A DNA stretch of 64,000 nucleotides from Candidatus Micrarchaeota archaeon (GTDB lineage: Archaea > Micrarchaeota > Micrarchaeia > Anstonellales > Bilamarchaeaceae). This document shows, piece by piece, positions 57,529 through 64,000 of the stretch. Under the pieces are notes generated by a model. That model was not told where the DNA came from and did no database searches. It saw only the letters and a program-made list of their open reading frames with translations. The first letter of the stretch is position 1. Every line of letters begins with the position of its first letter. The stretch covers positions 69,199 to 133,198 of the forward strand of contig JBFMEZ010000013.1 of assembly GCA_040753215.1 (NCBI GenBank). The letters run 5' to 3'. A program made the translations under genes and the position numbers.

Positions 57529-58866
57529 CTATTCGCACGGCCCTCCGTTTCCCGTTTCCGGTTTCTGCATCGCTTCGCGATGTCTGGCAGAAACTCCCGT
57601 TTCTGCCATCCCGTTCCCCTCTTCGCCCTTCAGCTCCTCAAGAATCTTCTTCGCCTCATCCACACTATAAACCCCGCTCTTCCTCATCCTCTCCACGACC
57701 TCACCAATCTCCTCCGCCCCTTCCGCCCCCGCAATCACCGCGAGGTTCTTCGCATGCAGTTTCATGTGCCCCTGCGAAATCCCCTCCATCGCAAGCGCCC
57801 GGACCGCCGCAAAATTCTGCGCCAGCCCCACAGCCGCCATCACCATGGAAAGCTCCCGCGCGCCCTTCGCCCCGAGTATTTTCTGCCCCACCTGCGCCAC
57901 AGGATTCACATTTATCGCCCCTCCCACGGTCCCCACCGCAAGCGGCAATTCTATTTCCCCCACAAGGTTCCCGTCCCCATCCTTCCAATATTTAGTAAGA
58001 GGATGATACCCGCCAAGGGCCGCAAAGGAATGCGCGCCCGCCTCCACCGCCCTCCAGTCATTCCCCGTAGCAACCGCAACCGCATCAATCCCGTTCATTA
58101 TCCCCTTATTATGGGTGGAGCACCTGTACACATCGTTCGCAGCCATCTCGTACCCATCCAGCACCCCTTCCACAGTATCCGCCCCGATCACTTCCTTCTT
58201 CCATACGCACTTCGCCCGCGCCTTCCTCTTCACCGCCAAGTTTGAAAGTATCCTCAACCTCACTGTTCCCCCGATAATCTCCTGCACCAGCTCCGCGGTC
58301 CCCTCCACTATAGTATTCACCGTATTCGCTCCCATTATGTCCCGCACGTCCACATCGAACTCTACAAGCACCATCTTTCCCCGCGCAGTCTCCACTTCCT
58401 TAAAGCGTATTTCCCTAAGCCCCCCTCCGTACCTCTCCACGCCCACCGCAAATTCCTTCCCTTTTGCAAATATCTTTTCTCTATTCTCCTCCAATTTCTT
58501 CACTGCACCCCCCTTAGGGTTCATGATTTGCAATTGCCCCACCATCACCGGCTCGTCCGCGTCCGCAGCAAACCCCCCGCTCTCCCGTGCGAGCTTCGCC
58601 GAATACGAAGCGCCCGCAACCACCGACGGCTCCTCCACCACCATCGGCACCACATACTCCATCCCGTTCACCAAAAATCCGGGAACGACCGCAAAAGGAA
58701 GATGAAATCTGCCCACCACATTCTCAATCATTCTGTCCGCCACCTCCATCTTCAGCGCATCCCCATCCAGGAGCAGCTTCTCATCCACTGCGCTTATTTT
58801 CCCCGCTTCCCGCAGTTTAGCCAGCCTTTCCTTTACTGGAAGCTTGTAGAATCCTGAAAAATCCAT
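57529..58866 (-). CDS. HMG-CoA reductase, class II-like
   Basis: MIENVVG, EEPSVVAG, DIMGANTVN, THNKGIMNG, GLAQNFAA, GHMKLH. Confidence 0.95.
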   Translation of the reverse strand: MDFSGFYKLPVKERLAKLREAGKISAVDEKLLLDGDALKMEVADRMIENVVGRFHLPFAVVPGFLVNGMEYVVPMVVEEPSVVAGASYSAKLARESGGFAADADEPVMVGQLQIMNPKGGAVKKLEENREKIFAKGKEFAVGVERYGGGLREIRFKEVETARGKMVLVEFDVDVRDIMGANTVNTIVEGTAELVQEIIGGTVRLRILSNLAVKRKARAKCVWKKEVIGADTVEGVLDGYEMAANDVYRCSTHNKGIMNGIDAVAVATGNDWRAVEAGAHSFAALGGYHPLTKYWKDGDGNLVGEIELPLAVGTVGGAINVNPVAQVGQKILGAKGARELSMVMAAVGLAQNFAAVRALAMEGISQGHMKLHAKNLAVIAGAEGAEEIGEVVERMRKSGVYSVDEAKKILEELKGEEGNGMAETGVSARHREAMQKPETGNGGPCE

Positions 58867-58977
58867 GGGGCTTATTTGGAAGAAAAACCTTTATATGGGC
58901 TTACTCTTGCGCACCCGGCGGCATCCCTTTTTATTACCATGCCCCACAAATATTGCAAATTCGGTGGGCTGAGCGGC

Positions 58978-59556
58978 ATGGCTATGAAAATACTTATAGC
59001 TGATGACGACCATACTTTCACGCGTGTCTGCTTGGATACGCTCAGGCAGCGGTTCCCCGGCGCGCGCATAGACATCGTTGTGAGTGTAGGCGGCTACTTT
59101 AATCACTTCTGGGACACGGATTACGATATATGCATAATGCGCGACCGGCTGTACGAAGGCGACAACAGGAGCGCATTCCGCAACATTGCGCCCCTGCTTA
59201 AGCAGAGGTTCCCGGAAACCGAAATCCTGTGCAACGCGGAGGGCACGAGGGAAGCGGAGAACGCCGAAAAGCTCGCCGGGATGAAATTGTTCGCGCGCGG
59301 CCCGGACGGCAGAATACCGGCGTTCGGCAGGCAAGTATGTACACTAATGGCATACATGCGCTCAATGGTCCTGCCCAGGAGCGAGAGGATGAGCATCGCG
59401 CCTGCGCGCATTTCCGTCGCACCGGCGGCCGGTTCCCAGCAGCCGGCAACCAGCAGGCCGATTCCCCGGCCCCGCGAAGGGCCTGATGGCACCCGCAGCT
59501 TGGGCGCCCGGCGCCATGATTCCATGCCCCCGGCTGCACTATTGGTCAAAAAGTAG
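58978..59556 (+). CDS. Atypical receiver-like domain protein with disordered tail
   Basis: MKILIADDD..YDICIMRD; phosphoacceptor Asp position is non-canonical. Confidence 0.5.
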   Translation: MAMKILIADDDHTFTRVCLDTLRQRFPGARIDIVVSVGGYFNHFWDTDYDICIMRDRLYEGDNRSAFRNIAPLLKQRFPETEILCNAEGTREAENAEKLAGMKLFARGPDGRIPAFGRQVCTLMAYMRSMVLPRSERMSIAPARISVAPAAGSQQPATSRPIPRPREGPDGTRSLGARRHDSMPPAALLVKK

Positions 59557-59559
59557 TAG

Positions 59560-60000
59560 TTATTTCTCAAGCATCTCCAGCGCTTTAGTAATCTCCCCAA
59601 GCGCCTCGTTCACTTCCTCCAGATAGAGTTCCTTCACCGCAACCGACAACTTCTTGTTTTCCCTCGAAATGAAATACTTGCCCTTCTCCCTCTGCAAAAG
59701 CCCCTGGTCCATCAGCTTCTGCAGATGGTAATACACAGCCTTCGGGTTCGGCTCTTCCCCGCTCTTCGCCTTCAGTTTGTCCAGAATCTCCTGCGTGGTC
59801 GGCTCCTCCCCATTCGCAAAGAACTCAAAAAGCACATCCAGCAAATCCACAATCAGGTCCCTGCTCTCCTTCTCCGAGATCAGCCCCAGGGAGAGCGCGA
59901 CCCACCTCACCATCGATTTCCTCGTGAGCCGCACCTCGTCCGCCAGCCACATGTTCCGCAGCACAATTTCCTTCCGTATGAATTTTGACTCGGGTATCAC
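59560..60000 (-). CDS. HTH-domain protein
   Basis: PTTQEIL..KAVYYHLQKLMDQGLL. Confidence 0.75.
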   Translation of the reverse strand: MIPESKFIRKEIVLRNMWLADEVRLTRKSMVRWVALSLGLISEKESRDLIVDLLDVLFEFFANGEEPTTQEILDKLKAKSGEEPNPKAVYYHLQKLMDQGLLQREKGKYFISRENKKLSVAVKELYLEEVNEALGEITKALEMLEK

Positions 60001-60062
60001 ATCCCCACTTAGGAAGGCAAGTATTAAATTACTAATCCGGTAAAATTATTGCAGGTGGTGGA

Positions 60063-60416
60063 ATGAAAGCAGAACTTTCAATCTATCCGGGCCCGCTCGC
60101 CGCAAGGAAAGCGGATTCCGTGGAACTGGTAATAAAGATAGATTCAACCCGCGATTTGCCCATGTGGTACGAGGCGGAGGTGAAGCTGCCTCCCGCGCTT
60201 TCTCTTTCCCAGACGCAGATGGTGGACACAGGGCGCTACCGCGTGGGCATCTGCGAGCCCCGTGGCTCCCTCTCCAAGGGAATCAAGGTCTTTTCCAATT
60301 ACAACACGCCCCCACAGCTCTACAAGTGCGACGTGGCCCTCTTCGCCTACGATGAGCAGGCGAACCAGAAGGACCGCACGGACCTTTACGTGCAGCTGAG
60401 GTGCGAGAACAAGTAG
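60063..60416 (+). CDS. Hypothetical beta-sandwich protein
   Basis: 117-aa ORF with GGTGG RBS; similar to the 47286 ORF. Confidence 0.65.
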   Translation: MKAELSIYPGPLAARKADSVELVIKIDSTRDLPMWYEAEVKLPPALSLSQTQMVDTGRYRVGICEPRGSLSKGIKVFSNYNTPPQLYKCDVALFAYDEQANQKDRTDLYVQLRCENK

Positions 60417-60475
60417 GTGTTATACCAGATATAACAATTGTTCTATTTTAGCTAACACTAATAATAAGAAAAAAA

Positions 60476-60560
60476 CGCCGGGGGAGGGATTTGAACCCTC
60501 GGCTCCTTTTGGGAGAACAGCTTAGCAGGCTGCCGCCCTACCGGACTAGGCGACCCCAGC
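60476..60560 (-). tRNA. tRNA-Ser(GCT)
   Basis: Cloverleaf with long variable arm; anticodon loop CT GCT AA. Confidence 0.95.
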
Positions 60561-60678
60561 ACCAAGAGGAAGAGGGGGAGTTCCCCCTCCTCTCTTTAGG
60601 GTAATCATACCTCCCCCCAACTTCGCTTAGGGGGCGCTTTGCCCGTACTCCTTACGCAGGAGGCAGGCCAAACTAAAT

Positions 60679-60848
60679 TAGGGTGTTGCAAATTTAAAAC
60701 CAATGCCCGTTAGCTGTGGTCTCCAGGTCTTGCAGTTGTCTCCATGTCTTGCATGGTCTTCAGGTCTTCGGAAACTTACAGGACTCCAGGACCTCCAAGA
60801 CCTGGAGACCACAGAGATTATGCCGCATTCGTAATTTGCAACAGGCTC
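60679..60848. mobile_element. MITE copy 3 (170 bp, inverted)
   Basis: Ends tagggtgttgcaaatt / aatttgcaacaggctc; 8-bp target duplication AACTAAAT. Confidence 0.92.
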
Positions 60849-60927
60849 AACTAAATAAGCGGTGGAACAATTAAAAAGAGCGTCGCTCTAAATAAGCATC
60901 ACATTCTGTCAATATACAGGATGCATT

Positions 60928-61054
60928 AGCGGGATAGGGTAGCTTGGAGTGCCCGCTGGGCTCATAATGGCTCTGAGCCATCGGAAACCCAGACATTAAC
61001 CGATTTGTTCGGTTTTCGGGGTAAAGATCGGTGGTTCAAATCCACCTCCCGCTA
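60928..61054 (+). tRNA. Initiator tRNA-Met(CAT) with two introns (60967-60986 at 37/38; 60993-61024 at 43/44)
   Basis: A1-T72 pair and GGG/CCC anticodon stem; removing both inserts gives AGCGGGA..CTGGGCTCATAACCCAGAGATCGGTGGTTCAAATCCACCTCCCGCTA. Confidence 0.88.
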
Positions 61055-61076
61055 ACAGTACTCAAAGGTGGGTCCC

Positions 61077-61478
61077 ATGAAAGAAATAACCATTGTTGTG
61101 GAAAACAAGATTGGAACTCTCGCAAACATCGCGGAGGCGCTCGGAGGCGCAGGCGTGAATATAGAAGCCATCGCTGCTTACGGCCAGGGAACCAACGCGG
61201 TCTTCCGCCTAGTCACAAAGGACCCGACCTCCGCGAAGAAAGCTCTTGAAAGGCTCACCGGCATCCAGAATATCATGGTCGCGGACATCCTTGTCATAAG
61301 AATGGCGAACAGGCCGGGTGAATTAGGAAAAATCACAAGGAAGCTCGCAAACAGGAAAGTGGACCTGGAGAGCGTCTACATCCTAGGCAAGACCGACCAC
61401 GCCTTCACAGACGTGGCGGTGAAGCCCGTGGAGGAGCACCTCGCACTGGCGAAGGACGCGCTTGGGATTAAGGATTAG
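61077..61478 (+). CDS. Tandem ACT-domain protein
   Basis: ENKIGTLANI..GVNIEAI and NRPGELGKI..VDLESVY. Confidence 0.88.
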   Translation: MKEITIVVENKIGTLANIAEALGGAGVNIEAIAAYGQGTNAVFRLVTKDPTSAKKALERLTGIQNIMVADILVIRMANRPGELGKITRKLANRKVDLESVYILGKTDHAFTDVAVKPVEEHLALAKDALGIKD

Positions 61479-62962
61479 AGTGTAAGTTTCCCTTCCTTCT
61501 TTAATTTCTTTACCTTCTCCGCCAGCTTCTCCACCGCTATTCTCTCCTGCTTTCCATCATTCCTATACCTTATCGTAACCGAATCATCTTCCAAGGTCTG
61601 GTAATCAATCGTAACCGCATAAGGAACCCCAATCTCATCCGCCTTCGCATACCTCCGCCCTATGCTCCCGGAATCTGAGAAGAATGCCTCAAGCCCGGCC
61701 TCCCTCATCATATATGCGATGCCCTCTGCTTTCTCCTTCAATCCATCTTTTTTCATTAGAGGGAACACGCACAAATCATAGGGCGCAACGGAAGGCGCAA
61801 AATCAAACCATTCCCATTCCTTCTCCCTGCTTTTCTCCCTGAACGAGTGCTCCAGCAGGCAGAAGAACAGCCTGTCCACGCCCATGGACACTTCCACCAC
61901 GTGCGGCACAACCTTTTCTTTAGTCTCTTCCGAAAATACGCCAATATCCCTCCTGCTGAACTGCCCGTGCCTTCCCAAATCGTAATCCGTGCGATAGGCA
62001 TTCCCAGAAATCTCAACTATCCCATGGGAGGTCTCCACCTCCAGGTCCACATTGCTCCTCGAATAGTGCGGCGTCTCATCCGCCCTCAGATGCCTGAACC
62101 ACATCGCCTCAGGCTCCAGCCCCGCAAGCGCATAGTATTCCCATTCTTTGACAAGGAAATATGCCATTATCTCATTAGCAATCCCGCTCTCCACAATCTC
62201 TCCTGCGCTCATCCACTTCGGGGCCCCGCTCCCCTCCTGCTCCTCCCTCGTAAGCAGCCGCACCATCTTGTCCCTGGCGCCCTCAAACTTCTCCATGGCC
62301 GGGTTCTTCGGGTTGAAGAAATACTCAAGCTCCATCTGCGTGAATTCGCGCATCCTCACGAGGCCCCTCCTCGGCGAAATCTCGTTCCTGAAGCTCCTGC
62401 CTATCTGCCCGATTGCCATCGGCAGCTTCGCCCCGTGGTTGCGGAACACCCGCGGAAATGCGGTGAATATCCCCTGCGCGGTCTCGGGCCGTAGATAGGC
62501 GGTCTCCTGGTCTGCGCCAATCCCGGTCCTGAACATCAGGTTCGAGGCAAACGCATCCGACAATCTCCCTCCGCAGGAAGGGCATTTTATTTCATTGTCC
62601 CTTATCTTCGCGGTGAGCGTCTCCAGCTTCCCGTCCCACCTGAACTCTATTTTCGATTCCACGAGGTGGTCCGCCCTTACCTTCGTGTGGCACCTCTCGC
62701 ACTCCACCACCGGGTCCGTGAACTCCTCCACATGCCCGCTAGCCTTCAATACAATCTCGGGAGTAACAATAGAGGATTCCAGTTCCAGAAACCCCTCCTC
62801 CTGTATGAACATCCTCCTCCATAGGGCCTGCAATCTCCTCTTTATCTGCCATCCCGTGGGCCCATAATCATAGAAGCCCGAGACCTGCCCGTAAGGCTCA
62901 TTGGAGGGGTAGAAAAATGACCGCGTGAGCGCCAGCTCATATATTCTCTCGTGGAGTTCCAT
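61475..62962 (-). CDS. glyS: Glycyl-tRNA synthetase (archaeal/eukaryotic type)
   Basis: FYDYGP, ASGHV, YLRPETAQG, FRNEISPR, REFTQME, SIGRRY. Confidence 0.96.
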   Translation of the reverse strand: MELHERIYELALTRSFFYPSNEPYGQVSGFYDYGPTGWQIKRRLQALWRRMFIQEEGFLELESSIVTPEIVLKASGHVEEFTDPVVECERCHTKVRADHLVESKIEFRWDGKLETLTAKIRDNEIKCPSCGGRLSDAFASNLMFRTGIGADQETAYLRPETAQGIFTAFPRVFRNHGAKLPMAIGQIGRSFRNEISPRRGLVRMREFTQMELEYFFNPKNPAMEKFEGARDKMVRLLTREEQEGSGAPKWMSAGEIVESGIANEIMAYFLVKEWEYYALAGLEPEAMWFRHLRADETPHYSRSNVDLEVETSHGIVEISGNAYRTDYDLGRHGQFSRRDIGVFSEETKEKVVPHVVEVSMGVDRLFFCLLEHSFREKSREKEWEWFDFAPSVAPYDLCVFPLMKKDGLKEKAEGIAYMMREAGLEAFFSDSGSIGRRYAKADEIGVPYAVTIDYQTLEDDSVTIRYRNDGKQERIAVEKLAEKVKKLKKEGKLTL

Positions 62963-63004
62963 ACCTAAGGATTGCTTGAAAATGATTAAAAACAGAAAGG
63001 GCGC

Positions 63005-63874
63005 TCAGTTCTGCCTAACAACTACATCCGGCACCGCGTATCCGGTAATCTTGCTGTAGTACGCGTGCAGAAGCTCGTTCATCAGGGTCTTGCCCTCGTC
63101 AAGTGATGTTTCCCCTCCCGTCGCCTTTATTTTTGAGTCTCTTGTGAGGTATTTAACGAGCCTGTCGCGCGGATACTGCCCATCCGGGTCCACATTCACA
63201 GTCTGGATTGTTCCGTCCACAAGCCTGCGGGTGTACCACCTGTGGCCATTATCGCCCTTTTTCGTGTCAAGGGCGAATCCCATCCTCTCAAGCAGCCTCA
63301 TGAACTTTGTTGCGGAAACCGTTATATTCGGGCTTACTCCCCCGGGCGGCTCGGAATATCTTTCAATGAACTCCCTGACCCTCCTCTTCGCTTTCTCCTC
63401 CGGAGTCTCCGCCTCTTTCTTTTCCACAATCCTCCCGGTGAACTGCTCAATCTCATCGTAAAGCCTCTGGAGGGTCTCCACAAGCTTTAATACTGAAGCC
63501 TCAGCCAGCGTATAGCTCCTTCCGTCCCTTTTTGAAATCTCAGCCACTTCGGCTTCGGTGATGGGGCAGCTGTCTATCTGAATCCTGCTTCCATTCTCCG
63601 CCTCCGCGGCTACCAGCCCGTTTATTATATAGTGCGCTTTTGCAAATTCGTCCCTCCCAACGCGTGTGCGCACCTCATCCAGCACCTGCCTTGTTATTAT
63701 AACATCCCCCTTTCCCATCAGTTCCTTCAGGTGCCCCTCCATATTCCCCGCCCTTATCATGCTCGCGAGGTAGCTGGGCGGAAGCACGAAGGCCGTGTAC
63801 GTAACTTTCTTCTCCGCAATCGGCCCTTTAGAGCTTACTCTGGGCTTGTCTGAAATAGACGGTTTAATCTGCAT
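63005..63874 (-). CDS. Hypothetical protein, possibly degenerate PIN-like N-domain plus HicA-like C-domain
   Basis: IITRQVLDEV and FMRLLERMGF..KGDNGHRWY; weak resemblance only. Confidence 0.45.
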   Translation of the reverse strand: MQIKPSISDKPRVSSKGPIAEKKVTYTAFVLPPSYLASMIRAGNMEGHLKELMGKGDVIITRQVLDEVRTRVGRDEFAKAHYIINGLVAAEAENGSRIQIDSCPITEAEVAEISKRDGRSYTLAEASVLKLVETLQRLYDEIEQFTGRIVEKKEAETPEEKAKRRVREFIERYSEPPGGVSPNITVSATKFMRLLERMGFALDTKKGDNGHRWYTRRLVDGTIQTVNVDPDGQYPRDRLVKYLTRDSKIKATGGETSLDEGKTLMNELLHAYYSKITGYAVPDVVVRQN

Positions 63875-64000
63875 GCTTGAGTTTTGCGTTTCCTGAAAAG
63901 TAGATAAATTAACGACGTGCATATGGATTTTGAAGTTGATCCCCATGCACGCCGCTAACGTCGAAGTTATCGACAACATTTTGAAGGAGTTTGGATTTTT

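Noticed and set aside
1397..62867. Numerous antisense and alternate-frame ORFs in the track (e.g. 1498-2349, 28663-29616, 40996-41946, 57388-58245)
   Set aside because: They are shadows of well-supported genes, caused by GC-rich, purine-skewed codon usage, and have no motifs of their own.

Overview
Gene-dense archaeal chromosome segment, most likely a DPANN archaeon of the Micrarchaeota type. This is inferred from PolD, two FtsZ, AglB, a 381-aa three-unit epsilon2-like splicing endonuclease and multi-intron tRNAs. It carries housekeeping genes for replication and repair (PolD DP1/DP2, ligase, endonuclease IV, RNase HI/HII), lipid synthesis (GGGP synthase, geranylgeranyl reductase, HMG-CoA reductase, inositol-phosphate synthase plus CDP-alcohol transferase), CysRS and GlyRS. 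It also has 4 tRNAs, 4 toxin-antitoxin pairs, a tnpB-only IS200/IS605 element, a 3-copy MITE family and many orphan ORFs. The main finding is that the RNase HII gene (14949-15604) is split inside its catalytic DEAGRG motif by a 20-nt insertion (14989-15008). The insertion carries an in-frame stop and folds into a canonical bulge-helix-bulge (BHB). It is a predicted tRNA-type intron in an mRNA, in a window that also encodes two endA-family genes, RtcA and intron-bearing tRNAs (Arg, and a two-intron initiator Met). Other notable signals are a dispersed GTTTCC heptamer repeat that enters ORFs in frame and builds a tRNA intron, an IS insertion that appears to split a TATA box, and bacterial-type GGDEF and RelA/SpoT-like proteins. 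All calls were made by eye from sequence and motifs; no searches were run.
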